Shown here one piece after another: positions 40,429-55,035 of a stretch of 64,000 nucleotides of DNA. This DNA is from Phyllobates terribilis (lineage: Eukaryota). The notes below the pieces were generated by a model. The model had not been told where the DNA came from. It did no database searches and was given only the letters and a program-made list of their open reading frames with translations. The stretch's first letter is position 1. Each line of letters starts with the position of its first letter. The stretch is taken from assembly GCF_046119375.1 (NCBI RefSeq), contig NW_027362769.1, forward strand, positions 359,910,001-359,974,000. Reading direction: 5' to 3'. Made by a program: the position numbers and the translations under genes.

Positions 40429-41728
40429 TCACTTGCTCTTGCTCGCCTTGCTGCTCTAGGTCTTCTTGGGCAGCAGCACGGCCTGGATCTTTGGAAGGAC
40501 ACCTCCCTGGGCAATGGTCACCCCACCCAGCAGCCTGTTGAGCTCCTTGTCATTGCACACCGCCAGCTGCAGGTGACAGGGGATGATGCGGGTCTTCTTG
40601 TTGTCCCCGGCATCATTGCCGGCCAATTCCAGGATCTCAGCAGTCAGATACTCCAGCACAGCGGCCAGATAGACCGTGTAACGGGTCTGGGAGGTGGAAC
40701 CTCTGAGCTACTATACAAAGGGGCAGTCCTTGTAAGGAAGCGGGTGGCTCCCAGGGAAGGCGGGCAGGTAGTCACGGCAAGTGACAGGAACAGTCTCTGG
40801 GTAGAAGGGCAGGAGGTCACGGCAAGTGACGGGAACAGTTTCTTGACAGACGGGTGGTCATGGCAAGTGACAGCAGGGTAAGAGTCTCTAGACAGGCAGA
40901 TGGTCACGGCAAGTGACAGCAAGGTAAGAGTCTCTAGACAGCCAGGTGGTCACGGCAAGTGACGGCAGAGCCTCCAGGTAGGCTAGCAGGCGGGTAGCAG
41001 GTCAGCGCTCCCAGGTGAGTGGGTAAGAGTCTCTCGGCTGGCTGGCAGGTGGTCACGGCAAGTGAAGGCAGCACCTCCAGGTAGACTAACTGGCGGGCAG
41101 CAGGTGAGCGCTCCCAGGTGAGCGGGTAAGAGTCTCTCGGCTGGCTGGCAGGTGGTCTCAGGCAGGTATCAGGCAAGTATCAGGCAGGTGCTTCCTGATC
41201 CACCGGCAGACTGGTCCATAGACAGACTGGTGGATGCAGGTAGACAGACTGTCGGACCGCAGAAATGCTAGCAGGTAGACAGAGCTGGAAAGCAGACTGG
41301 CAATGGGACGTGAAGGCTGAAGCAGAGGTGAAAGGCTTTGCAACAACTTTGCAAAGGAGGTGCCTTATATATGGGAGCTCCACCAGCAATTGGCTGCGGA
41401 TTCCTTAGGACGGCGCGCACGGCCCCTTTAAGAGAGAGGGAGCGCGCGCGCCCTAAGCACAGTGCCCGGGAAGCGGCGAGCGCTGGCAGCAGCGCGGGAA
41501 GAGGACGCCGAGGACTGAGCAGGGAGGTGAGAGGAACGGCGTCTCTGCCTAGCAGGAGGCAGGGACGCCGACGATACAGACCGGAGCGCCGGCTCCGACT
41601 CTCTCGGCATAATGGCCCTTGCGGAGAAGCCTGTGCACACGGCCGACTGGGAACTGGAGTCCTGCCCGGGATGAGCGGGTCTTTGCCTTAGCATGGACTT
41701 AGCCTCCTTGTTTGCCGCGTCCAGACAT
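40429..41728 (-). pseudogene. H2A: Histone H2A pseudogene disrupted by an LTR insertion
   Basis: 5' part 41579-41728, 3' part 40429-40676; substitutions such as R>H, R>C, N>K relative to the copy at 4761. Confidence 0.95.
40677..41578. mobile_element. Solo-LTR-like insertion (902 bp) in the H2A CDS
   Basis: TGTAACG...GATACA; 5-bp TSD GACCG (40672-40676 / 41579-41583); internal GGTCACGGCAAGTGAC repeats. Confidence 0.85.
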
Positions 41729-42442
<714 letters not shown>

Positions 42443-42476
42443 TCTGCTTCGTCTGCTGCTCCGCCATCACCCCAAA

Positions 42477-42492
42477 GGCTCTTCTGAGAGCC
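42477..42492 (+). terminator. Histone stem-loop followed by a single HDE (AGAGCTGT 42510-42517)
   Basis: GGCTCT-TCTG-AGAGCC-ACCAC. Confidence 0.9.
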
Positions 42493-42881
42493 ACCACCGC
42501 GTCTACATCAGAGCTGTGGCTGCTTCTGTGTTCTCTCCCGTCTCCCCGAGTTGTCTGGCCACATAGCCCGGGTCTCTGTCTAATGACGGGGTAAATAGCA
42601 GGTGGCCCAAGTAGAAGTGAAGGCTAAGGGCTAACGAAGAAGATGGCGAAAAAACTGGGGCTGCTTTTGGGTTCTCCTTCACAGCTCAGCACTTTCACCA
42701 ATGCCCTTGTGATTTCAGATGGAAGTTCAGTGACTTATTTAAGCCCTTGCTCCTCAGATCTGACTCCTTTTCGTCTCATTCCTATTTTAGGAATTGATTC
42801 GGTTTAGTTTCTCTAAATAATGAAATTACTTCACTGTTTTATGAAAGGTGATTACAAGAGATTGTGGTCGGTGGAGTTTAT

Positions 42882-43200
42882 TAGTGATGAGCAGCATGCT
42901 CACCACTATTCGTTACGAGCTCGAGATGCTCGTTGCTGGCGAGTATTTTTTGAATGTTCGGGAGCTTGAATCGCCGCCCCGCATGTTTGGCGCATAATAT
43001 ACAGCCAATTACCATGCAGGGGTTGCGTGACAGTCAATGTCATGTCATAGCCAAGTTGGCTGTGGCATTACAGTGACTGGCTGGTCGCACAGCGTCATCA
43101 GGTCTATATCAGAGGTCTATATCAGACCTGGCGCCGCCATGCTTGTCACAGTCACTCCGGAATCAGACAGTGTAGGGAGAGCTGCTGCTGAGCTAGGGAG
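42882..43200 (+). mobile_element. Terminal fragment of a TAGTGATGAGC-type hAT element
   Basis: Starts TAGTGATGAGC; similar to 16771-17100. Confidence 0.6.
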
Positions 43201-45925
43201 TAGTGATGAGCGAGCACTAAAATGCTCGAGTACTCGTTGCTCGGGTCGAGCAAATTGGAATACTCGGGTGCTTTACCCGAGTAATGAGCCCAATGTAATT
43301 CTATGGAAAACTCAAGCATTTTTCACGCGGCTCCCCCCGGTGGTTTGCAGAGGGCCTAAAAATTGGCCAAATCGAACAGTGCTCAAATGACATGGGAACA
43401 GCATGGGGAAGACCCCTGGAAGCATTTCTGACTCCCAGGTCACTGCTGTCAACAACGTTGTCAGAGTATTACGCCACTTTTACGGATTCACAATAGAACA
43501 TACAAAAACAAAAGCAAAATGCATTTTCCTGGGAAATATATTAAGGAACATCCTTTCCAGGGTAATGACTTGTATATAAGGCAAAATAAATAACCAAAAC
43601 CAAAAATACTCCTCCACACCTTGGGCTATATTCAAACATAACATTTTTTATGCGTTTTTGCACTTTTGCATTGCTTTCAACAAAGACAAATGCATTCACT
43701 GGGAAATGTCATTTTAACATTTTACAATCTTATCTGGCCATGTGGTGTGTGACACATCATCAGACACATGCATACAGTGCTGAAAAGACATGGGAACAGC
43801 ATGGGGAAGACCTCTGGAACCATTTCTGACTCCCAGGTCACTGCCTAAAAGTGTGCCCATCATAAGTAATAAGATGCCTCCCGCCATGCTCCTGTCGTTG
43901 CAGACTTGCAACAATCACCGTCCATGTCCTTGTCCCAGTGCAGTGTTCAGTTGTCCCTACCCCATTCCTTGGAATGCAAGCACAAGTATGCAGCCAGCCA
44001 CCCACCCACCTACAGGCTGCAATACTATACTGCCAAATTTTTGACAGCTGCTTGCACTTGAAATGTGGCCTTTTAGGGTCGTGGAGGCGGATGCTTTTCA
44101 TAACCTCATGCCGGCGTCAGCTGGGTGCTCATGCTTGGTCCCCAGCCACCACTATTTCTCCCGGTATCTTCTCCGCCTTCCACAAGCACGGGTCCCACAA
44201 CATTACCCGTGCCCTCCCCAGTGCACTTACTGGTAAAGACTGCCTACCCACAAACACGTGGACAGGTGAATGTGGCCAGGGATGGTACGGAGCCAGTCCA
44301 CAGCTTTTTTTGCTGAGAGTTGTATTTAGCTCGGTGAAAGTACTGGCATAGAGGGAAACCGTATCTACTCCGGCTGTCATTTCTCCGCCACTAGGTTCCG
44401 CCCATTGTCACACACGACCATGCCTGGCTGTATTTTCAGTGGTGAGAGCCACAGATCAGGCTGCCGTGTTACAGCTTTCAACAACTCTGCAGCGCTGGGC
44501 GGTTTGTCAATTAAGCATTAAGCATGTTATCTTCAGCACAGCCTGTTGCCACTTGGCCAGGGCAGTGCTGCAGTGCTGTCAGCTTGTGACTGATGTAGTC
44601 ATTTCGGAGATGGAGGAGGAGGTGCAGGAGCTGAGCAATGTGATTACATTGAGGTTAAATTAGTGACGCTGTTATTTATACTAAAGAAAGATCCTATTGT
44701 TTGGTTTTTTTACGTTATTTTTAAAGATAAATGCATTCACTGGGAAATGTCATTTTAACATTTTACAACCTTATCTGGCAATGTGGTGTGTGACACATCA
44801 TCAGAAACATACTGTTTTATTTATGAAGGAGGGACTCTGAAAGTCATAAAGCCTATTTTTATAGGGACATCAGACGGCCCTTACTATTCTTAAAAGGCCA
44901 GCAGTTGGCCCTCGCTATTGTTAGAGAGCCATCAGGCGGCTATGCGTTGTTGTTCCCATTATTAACAAGTGGGTCTCCTATACTGTTATTGCATATCCAG
45001 TGACTGCAAGGGCTGCCAAAAATTTGGACGCAATCCAATACCCCTTTGAAGAGACATAGAGGAGGGTCTCAGTAAAAAAATGTTCCCATTATAAAGGAGC
45101 GGGTCTCCTATAGTGGTAATGCCCATGCTGTGACTGCAAGAGCTGCCAAAATTTGGGAAAAACCCCTCTAAGAATTTAAAGACACATAGAACAGGGCCAC
45201 AGTAACGACACATTCCATTTAGAAAGGAGACAGTCTGCTATACAGTTATAGGTTATGCAGTGAGTCCAATGGCTGACCAATTTTAGGAAAAACCCCACTA
45301 AGAATTTAAAGACACATAGAGCAGGGCCACAGTAACAAGGTACGACATGTACCCATTAGGAAGGAGAGGGTCTGCTATACAGTTATAGGGTATGCAGTGA
45401 GTCCAACGGCTGACCAATTTTAGGAAAAAACCCACTAAGAATTTAAAGACACATAGAGCAGGGCCACAGTAACGACAAATTCCCATTAGAAAGGAGAAAG
45501 TCTACCATAGTGTTGGCCTATGCAGTGAATGCAAGGGCTGCCAAAAATTTGGAGGCACTTCAATACCCCTTGGAAGAGACATGGAGGATGGCCTCATAAA
45601 AAAATGTTCCCATTAAAAAGGAGTGGGCCTCCTATACTTGTAATGCCCATGCACTAAGTGTATGAGCTGACAAACATTTAACCCTGGGGGGTATACATGA
45701 ACATACTGTATAATTTTTTTTTTTATAGGCATCATAAACACCCTTTAAAAAAATTATGTGGGTGATGCATCATGGACCACGGTCACCCTGGTGATATGGT
45801 GGTGGAGGATGAGGATGAGGAGAAGGACAAGAGCAAATAGCCCAAATCAGGAAGCGTATACCAATGTGTGGGTGTGAAAAGGTGCATGGGAATACACCTC
45901 CCAAGAAAAGACACTGGATTTGAGT

Positions 45926-48028
45926 TTATGTTACGCTGCTATAATTCGGTGGTGTAGAGAAGTCTTGCCCAATCCATCCCTTGTTTATTTTTATAAGAGT
46001 CAACATGTCAGCATTTTCAGTTGACAGGCAGAAGCGCTTATCAGTTATAATTCCACCAGCGGCACTAAAAACCCGCTGTGATAAAACGCTGGCGGCAAGG
46101 CAGGCCAGGACCTCCAAGGCATAGAGAGCCAGTTCATTCCACGTATCCTGCTTGGATACCCAATAATTATAAGGCACAGCGGAATCACAGAGGACATTGG
46201 TACGGTCGGCAAGGTACTCCCTCAGCATCTTCCCAAACTTTGCACTCCTTGTGAGAGTACCCCGCACCTCAGGGCCTGTGCGATGGGAGGGTCTGAGAAA
46301 ACGCTCCCAGAACTTTGACAGTGTTCCCTGGCCTCAGCTGGATTGGAGTTGTGTCTCTCTCGCCTGTACTCCTTGGTTATCCAACGAAGTGTGCCCTCTG
46401 CTGCCAGCGTTTTCAGATGGGAATTTTTTTAATAGTTCCGCAACAAGGGCCTTCTGGTACTGCCCTATTTTTGTAGACCGCCTCAGGAATAAGAGATATA
46501 AAATTCTCCTTGTAGCGTGGGTCTAGAAGTATCACCAACCAGTAATGACTGTCACCCAAAATTTTGAGAACGCGAGGGTCATGGGAAAGGCAGCGTAACA
46601 TAAACTCAGTCATGCTTGCCAGACTACTAACAGGCAAGACTTCCATGTCCTCACCAAGAGGATGACTGACCATGCTCTCCTCCTCCTCTCTGTCCTCTGG
46701 CCATCCACGCTGAACAGACTGTATGACAGCTGAGCAGGTAGTACCGTCTATAGTGCATGAAACTAGCTCCTGTCCTTCCTCCTCCTCCTCTTCCTCATTG
46801 TCACCCAATCCATGTTGGGATGAGATGAGGCTTGGCTGTGTGTAATCACCCTTTATGGTTCCTTGCTCCATCTCTTCGTGCTCCGCCTGCAATGCATCCC
46901 CTTTGATTGTGAGCAGAAAGAGTTTCAGAAGACAGAGAAATGGGGTGGTGACGCTAATTATGGCGTCATCGCCGCTCACCATCTTGGTGGCGTCCTCAAA
47001 GTTTTGGAGAATGGTACATATGTCTGACATCCATGTCCACTCCTGAGGTCTTATGTGTGTTGTCTGAACTGAATACCGATGGCCTTGTTGATGCTGGTAC
47101 TCAACAGCTGCCCTTTTCTGCTCACAAATCCTTCCCAACATCTGCAATATAGAGTTCCAATGCGTGGGGACATCACACACCAGTCAGTGAGCCGGAAGCT
47201 GCAAATGCTGCTGAAGCATGATAAGGGCGGCAGAAGCTGTAGGTGACTTTCTAAAATGGGAACACAGGCAGCATACTTTGACAAGCAGATCAGGCAGCTC
47301 TGGGTAGGATTTGAGAAATCGCTGAACCAGGAGGTTCAGCACATGGGCCAGACATGGTACGTGTGTGAGTTCGCCTCACCTCAGAGCAGCAACCAGGTAC
47401 CGACCCATGTCACACACGACCATGCCTGGCTGTAGGTTTAGCGGTGTGAGCCACAGAACTGCCTGCTCTTTCAGAGCTGTCCACAATTCTTCAGAATTGT
47501 GCGATTTTTCACCTAAGCATATTAGCTTCTACACAGCCTGTTACCGCTTGGCCGAGGCAGTGCTGCAGTGCTTCCAGGTTGTGATTGTGACTGATGTGGT
47601 AATTTCGGAGATGGAGGCTGAGGTGCATTAGCTGTAGACTGTGGGGGCAACCCTGATTAATCTAGGACCCGCGATCCTTGGCGTCGGGAGGACTTGTTCC
47701 GTCCCAAGGTTCGACTGGGTCCCGGCTTCCACTATGTAAACCCAGTGTGCTGTCAGCGAGATGTACCATCCCTGCCCACAAGCACTTGTCGATGTGTCCG
47801 TGGTTTGGTGGACTTTCCTGGTAACTGCGTTGTTGAGGGCACGGCTTTTGGATTACACAAGCACGTTTTGGGATACTTGCTTGTGTAATGCGGGGACGGC
47901 ACACCAGGAGAAATAGTGGCAGCTGGGGACCGAGTACCGAGGAACGGTCGCCGCCATCAGGTTGAGGAATGCTTCCGTCTCAACGAGCCTAAAAGACAAC
48001 ATTTCTAGCGCAAGCAGTCGCGAAATGT
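45926..48028 (-). pseudogene. hAT (Ac/ZBED-like) transposase fragment
   Basis: CDVPTHWNS, LLDPRYK, ELALYALEVLACLAASVLSQRVFSAAG. Confidence 0.88.
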
Positions 48029-48029
48029 G

Positions 48030-50032
48030 GGACAATACACAAGCACGTGTCCCAAAACATTAGCCGTGCCCTAAACAACGTAGTTACCGGGAAAGTCCAC
48101 ATAACCACGGACACATGGACAAGTGCTTGTGGGCAGGGATGGTACATCTCGCTGACGGCACACTGAGTTAACATAGTGGAAGTCGGGAGCCAGTCGGACA
48201 TTCGGACACAACACGTCCTCCCAACACCAAGGATTGCGGGCCCTAAGTCAATCAGAGTTGCCCCCACAGTCTACAGCTCCTGCACCTCATCCTCCTCAGC
48301 CTCCTCCTCCTCCATCTTAGAAATGACCACATCAGTCACAAGCTGGAAGCACTGCAGCATTGCCTCGGCCAAGCGGCAACAGGCTGTGCTAAAGCTAATA
48401 TGCTTAGGTGACAAACCGCACAATGCTGAAGAGTTGCGGACAGCTCTGAAAGAGCAGGCCGATCAGTGGCTCACACCGTTGAACCTACAGCCAATCATGG
48501 TCGTGAATGAAAATGGCCGGAACCTAGTGGTGGCTCACACACATATCATGCCTGGCCCATGTGCTTAACCTCGTGGTTCAGCAGTTTCTCAAATCCTACC
48601 TGGAGCTGCCGGATCTGCTTGTTAAAGTACACCACCTGTGTATGCATTTTAGAAAGTCACCTACAGCTTCCACCGCCCTTGCCGTGCTTCAGCAGTGTTT
48701 GCAGCTTCTGGTTCCCAGATTGGTGTGTGATGTCCCCACGCATTGGAACTCTACACTGCAGATGTTGGGAAGGATTTGTGAGCAGAAAAGGGCAGTTGTT
48801 GAGTACCAGCATCATCAAGGCCGTCGGTATGAAGTTCAGACTCCACACATAAGACCTCAGGAGTGGACATGGATGTCAGACATATGTACCATCCTCCAAA
48901 ACTTTGAGGACTCCACCAAGATGGTGAGCGCCGATGATGCCATAATTAACGTCACCATCCCGCTTCTCTGTCTTCTCTCACAATCAGAGAGGATGCATTG
49001 CAGGCGGAGCACGATGAGATGGATCAAGGAACCATATAGGGTGATTATACACAGCCCAGCCTCATCTCATCCCAATGTGGACTGGGTGGCAATAAGGGAG
49101 AGGAGGAGGAGGAAGAACAGGAGCTAGTTTTATGAGCTATAGATGGTACTACCAACACAACTGTCATACCGTCTGTTCAGCTTGGATGGCCTGAGGACAG
49201 AGAGGAGGAGGAGGATAGCTTGGTCAGTTGTCATCTTGGAGAGGACATGGAAGTCTTGCCTGTTATCAGTATGGCACACATGGCTGAGTTTATGTTACGC
49301 TGCCTTTCCCGTGACCCTCAGGTTCTCAAAATTTTAGGTGAAAGTCATTACTGGTTGGTGACACTTCTAGACCCACGCTACAAGGAGAACTTTATATCTC
49401 TTATTCCTGAGGCGGACAGGTCTACTAAAATGGGGCTGTACCAGAAGGCCCTTGTTGCGGAACTATTTTAAAAATTCCCATCTGAAACCGCTTGCGGCAG
49501 AGGTCACAGTTCGTTGGACAACCAAGGAATACAGGCGAGAGAGACACAACTTCAATCCAGCAGAGACCAGGGAATACTGTCAATGTTCTGGGAGAATTTT
49601 CACAGCCCCTCCCATCGCACAGGCCCTGAGGCGTGGGGTACTCTCACAAGGAGTGCAACGTTTGGGAAGATGCTGAGGGAGTACCTTGCCGACCGTACCA
49701 ACGTCCTCCGTGATTCCTCTGTGCCTTTTAATTATTGGGTATTCAAGCTGGATACGTAGAATGAACTGGCTCTCTATGCCTTGGAGGTCCTGGGCTACCC
49801 TGCCGCTAGCATTTTATCAGAGCGGGTTTTTAGTGCCGCTGGTGGAATTATAACTGATAAGCGCATCCGCCTGTCAACTGAAAATGCTGCTGCTTTGTCT
49901 TAGCGGGTTTTTAGTTCTGCCGGTGGAATTATAACCGAAACTGAAAATGTTGACATGCTGACTCTTATAAAAATGAACATGGGCTGGATTGGGCCCGACT
50001 TCTCAACAACGCCGGATGATAGCAGCGTAACA
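48030..50032 (+). pseudogene. hAT (Ac/ZBED-like) transposase fragment, inverted paralog
   Basis: VHITTDTWTS region, LNLVVQQFL, CDVPTHWNS, LLDPRYK, SERVFSAAG. Confidence 0.88.
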
Positions 50033-51499
50033 TAAACTCAAATCCAGTGTCTTTTTTGGGAATTGTATTCCCATGCACCTTTTCACACCCACACATGGTT
50101 ATATGCCTTCTGATTTTGGCTATTTGCTCTTGTCCTCCTCCTTCTCCTCATCCTCATCCTCCACCACCATATCACCAGGGTGACAGTGGTCCATTATGCA
50201 ACACCCACATAATTTTTGTTAAAGGGTGTTTATGATGCCCGTAAATTTTTTTTATGCAGTATGTTCATGTATACCCCCCAGGGGTAAATGTTTGTCATCC
50301 CATACACTTAGTTCATGGGCATTACAAGTATAAGAGACTAGCTCCTTTCTAATGGGAACATTTTTTTTATGAGGCCCTCCTCCACGTCTCCTTCCAAAGG
50401 CATTGGAGTGCCTCCCAATTTTTGGCAACTCTTGCATTTACTGCATAGGCAAACACAATGGGAGACTCACTTCCTAATAATGGGAACATTGTTTTCAGGA
50501 GGCCCTCCTCTACATCTCTACCAAGGGGCGTTGTAGTAGGTCCAAATTTTTGGCAGCCCTTGCTTTCACTGCATAGGCTAACAGTATGGGAGACCCACTT
50601 CCTAATAATGGGAACATTGTTTTCAGGAGGCCCTCCTCTAAGTCACTTCAAAGGGGTATTGGGGTGGGTCCAAATTTTCAAAGGGGTATTGGGGTGGGTC
50701 CACATTTTGGGCAGCCCTGCCACTCACTGCATATGCAATAACAGTATAGGAGATCCACTCTTTAGAAATGGGAACAGCAAAGCATAGCCGGCTGATATCT
50801 CTCTAAGAATAGTGAGGGCCGACTTCTGGCCCTTTAAGAATAGTAAAGGTCGCCTGATGGCCCTATAAAAATAGGCTTTGTGACTTTCAGAGTCCCTCCT
50901 TCATAAATTAAACAGGATGTGTCTGATCATGTCTCACACACCACATGGCCAGATATGGTTGTAAAATGTTAAAATGACATTTCCCAATGAATGCATTTGT
51001 CATGTTTGAAAGCAATGCAAAAGTGCAATAACACATGAAAAACGCTACGTGTGATCATAGCCCAAGGTGTGGAGGAGTATTTTTGGTTTTGGTTATTTAT
51101 TTTGCCTTATATACAAGTCATTACCCTGGAAACGATGTTCCTTAACATATTTCCCAGGAAAATGCATTTTGGTTTCGTTTTTGTATGTTTTATTGTGAGT
51201 CCGTAAAAGTGGCGTAATACCTCTGACAACGTTGTTGACACCAGTGACCTGGGAGTCCGAAATGCTGTTCCCATAACATTTGAACACTGTTCCCATCGAT
51301 GTGGGCAATTTTTAGGCCCTCTGCAGACTTGCGGGGGGAGCCGCCTGAAAAATGCTCGAGTTTCCCATAGACTTACATTGTGCTCGTTGCTCGGGTCGAG
51401 CACCCAAGTATTCCAATGTGCTCGACCCGAACAACGAGCAGCCGAGCATTTTAGTGCTCGCCCATCACTAGTGAGCTGTTATTAATAGTCTGGGAAGAT

Positions 51500-52700
51500 T
51501 CATGGATAGTGAGCCCTTCCCGGCATAATAACACCAGACCCCAGCTGTCTGCTTTCCCTAAGCTGATTAAGAAAAATGAGGGGGGCACCACGCCATTTTT
51601 TCTTTCTTTACTAGTTAAATACATGTACAGTGAGCTACACACGCACTGCGCTAATTATATATCTCACTGACTTCTTTCTATCTATTCTATGCATATATCT
51701 ATTCTATCTATTCTATTCTGACGGGTCACACTGTGCATATACACTCATGGTCTGTGTGACGATTTTTTTCTCGCACCCACTGCTTTGCATTGCTGAGTCT
51801 CGTCCGATATATGCGGCCACTCGCAGCATGCTGAGATTTTTTCTCAGTCCGATTCGAGCTGAGAAAAAAATCACAGATGAACACAATCATTCAATAACAT
51901 TAGTGAGAGTGCAATCCAATTTTTTATTGGATTGCACTCGTCCGATTTAAATGCAGATGACTATGAGCCCTTTGGGTTCGCTCACATCTATGTGTAAATC
52001 CGGCGATTCCAATGTGAGAAAAAAAAATTGCATTGCACTTGCACCAATGTGATTCAATAAGGCAGTGTTCATCTGTGAGATTTTTTCGTCAGGTGGAAAT
52101 GGGTTGAGTAAAAAAATTGCAGCATGCGAACGCCTGAGACTCACCAATGCAAGTCAATGAGTACGAAAAAAAAAACGGACGGCACACGGACCATGCGTAC
52201 TCCGTCCTTTTTTTCTCGCACACATCTCAGTAAAGACAGGAAATGTCATCAGCCAAGTACAATAAATCCACAGCAAAACCCTTAGAATAGATAGATAGAT
52301 ATCCTGTAGATATTTAATGTCACAACCCCCTTACATATAATAAAGTAGCACTCTTTAGTGCCCTTCATATGATACTAAAGGGTGGCTATGCTTATTTAAC
52401 CTATTTAATAAAAAATAGTCTAAAAAAAATGACGTGGGGCCTCCCTATTTTTAATAACCAGCCAAGTGACAGCAGACAGCTGTTGGTAAGGGGACAATTT
52501 CCATGCACCTTTCCACCCTATTAATATCAGCCCCCAGCTGTCTTCTTTGCCTCTGCTGGTTGTTAAAAATGGGGTAAACCTAAAAAAATGAGGTGGGGTC
52601 CCCCTATTTTTAATAACCAGCTAAGGCAAAGCACACATCTGGGGGCTGATATTAATAGGCTGGGAAGGGTCCATGGATATTGGAGCTGGCTGTGGAGATA
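51500..52700. repeat. Mixed non-autonomous DNA-transposon/MITE fragments
   Basis: Short internal inverted and direct repeats, e.g. AAAAAAATGA(C/G)GTGGGG..CCCCTATTTTTAATAACCAGC twice; no ORF. Confidence 0.45.
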
Positions 52701-53899
52701 ATATGAGGGAGCTGGCTGTGGGGACATTGAGGGGCTGAATGTATTGGTATTGCTGTGCAGAGACCTTGTCTCTGCGCGGCAATACATTTCAATTGAATAT
52801 GTGTCCAATGCGCTGACGTCGGCGGACCCCTGGACCTCGCCGCGATCATCAAGGGGTCTAGAGTGCATGTAGGCCGCATGTACAAAAAGGACATCAAGGA
52901 ACGGAGGACAGGTGTGAACAAGCTTTTTGTTTGTCTTTTATGTGTATGTGAACAACAGTACAATAGGGGACATTACTACAATATAGGGACAAGAATGGGG
53001 TATTACTACAAGATGAAGACGAGGATGAGCACATTATTGCAAGAAGGTGACCAGGATGGGGCATTACTACAAGAAGGTTGTACTATCCATTGCCGGCGCC
53101 CTCGCATAGTTCCCCTGCACTCTTCATGAGGGACGCTGACAAACTCACTGCCCTGGTTACGGTAGCATCCTCACGCTCCTCTCCCCACTTCTCCTGAGCA
53201 CACTACACTGCTCCCATGCTCTTAAAGGGGCAGCATGCGCACCTGCAAAGATTCTCCCAGCCCAGGCATCTTGTATAAAAGGCACTCTCCCCAATAAGGA
53301 GGTGCCTGAGCAACCCCTACAGTTACTTTGTGTTTGTGTGTGTTCAACTGTATGTTGACAGGTATATACTGTACACATAGCTTCCAACCGTCCTGTTTTT
53401 GGCGGGACTGTCCCGCTTTGAGGGCTCAGTCCCGCTTCCCGTCACGGCTCAGCTGTTCTCCCGGCTGTGGAGGGTGGTGTTGCGGTGGTGGAGCAGCGGG
53501 CACAGGTAGTAGACAGCAGCCACAACTACCACGTGTGCCCCATGCTAAACATAATGAATATTCACTCTTCTTCAAGCCCATGGGAGTGGAGAGGAGTGAA
53601 TATTCATTCTCTTTAGTAGCGGTCACAGAGGATCGCAGAGTCGCAGCAGGAGCTGCTCTCGTGCTGAAAGTGCGCACTATTAAGGAGAGTGACTATTCAC
53701 TCCTCTCCACGCTCATAGTCCCGGCGTGGAGAGGAGTGAATATCCCCGCAACTCACCTTGGCATCTAATAGAGCATGGCAGTTATGTCATGCGCTGCTCA
53801 GATACTGAGATCAGCTACTGACACACAGGACACAGCGCTGGAGCAGAGGGGAGGAAGGAAGGCGTGTAGAAGTGTTTATTTTTTTCATGTGTGCAGTGA

Positions 53900-54520
53900 T
53901 GGGGGGCCATGCACACTAGGATAGTGGGGCCATACATACCAGGATAAGGGGTTAGGGGGCCATGCACACCAGGATTGGGGATGAGGGGGCCATGAACACC
54001 AGGAATGGGGATGAGGGGGCTATGCATACCAGGATTGAGGAAGAGGGGTACACACTTACCAGGATTGGGGAGGAGGGGCTCATGCATACCAGGATTGGGG
54101 AGGAGGGGGCCATGCATACCAGGATGGGAAGGAGGGGACCATGCATACCAGGATTGGGGATAAGGGGGCCATGTATATCAGAATTGGGGAGGAGGGGGCC
54201 ATGCCTACTAGGATTGGGGAAGAGGGGGCCATGCATACCAGGATTGGGAGGAGGGGGCCATGCATACCAGGATTGGGAGGAGGGGGCCATGCATACCAGG
54301 ATGGGGGTGATGGGGCCATGCATACCATGAATGGGGATAAGTGTGCCATGCATACCAGGATGGGGATAAGTGGGCCAAGCATACCAGGATTGGGAGGAGG
54401 GGGCCATGCATACCAGGATTGGGGAGGAGGGGGCCATGTATACCAGGATGGGGATGGGGGGCATGCATACCAGGAATGGGGATTAGTGGGCCATCCATAC
54501 CAGGAATGGGGATGAGGGCC
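53900..54520 (+). repeat. About 29-30-bp G-rich tandem repeat
   Basis: GGGGCCATGCATACCAGGATTGGGGAGGA variants. Confidence 0.92.
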
Positions 54521-54639
54521 GTCTGCTGAATGCCCCTCATTACCAGCTCCCCTTTGACAACTCCTCCTACCAGGGGAGAAAGAAATCCGTAAATGGGCGT
54601 GTATTGGTGTGTGGCCAAAATTTGCCTGCTCTTTATACT

Positions 54640-55035
54640 TTAAATGCTGCTCTATATACTGTACACACTGCTCTATATACTGTAAACACTGCTCTATATA
54701 CTGTACACACTGCACTATACACTGTATATACTGCTCTATATACTGTACATACTGCTCTATACACTGTACACACTGCTCTATACATTGTATATACTACTCT
54801 ATATACTGTACACACTGCTCTATATACTGTCTGTAAACACTGAACTATATACTGTACACACTGCTCTATATACTGTACACACAGAACTATATACTGTACA
54901 GACTTCTCTATATACTGTACATACTGCTCTATATACTGTATACACTGCTCTATATACTGTACACACTGCTCTATATACTGTACAGACTGTTCTATATACT
55001 GTACACACTGAACTATATACTGTACACGTTGCTCT
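54640..55035 (-). repeat. 21-bp minisatellite, inverted relative to 10315-11720
   Basis: CTGTACACACTGCTCTATATA units. Confidence 0.95.

Larger units (their letters stand above)
43201..51470. mobile_element. Foldback hAT structure: two 3' halves joined head-to-head
   Basis: TAGTGATGAGCGAGCACTAAAATGCTCG ... CGAGCATTTTAGTGCTCGCCCATCACTA; long inverted arms; symmetry centre near 48030. No TSD found. Confidence 0.8.

Noticed and set aside
43193-51478. Single transposition of the foldback hAT
   Set aside because: Flanks CTAGGGAG and GTGAGCTG do not form an 8-bp TSD.
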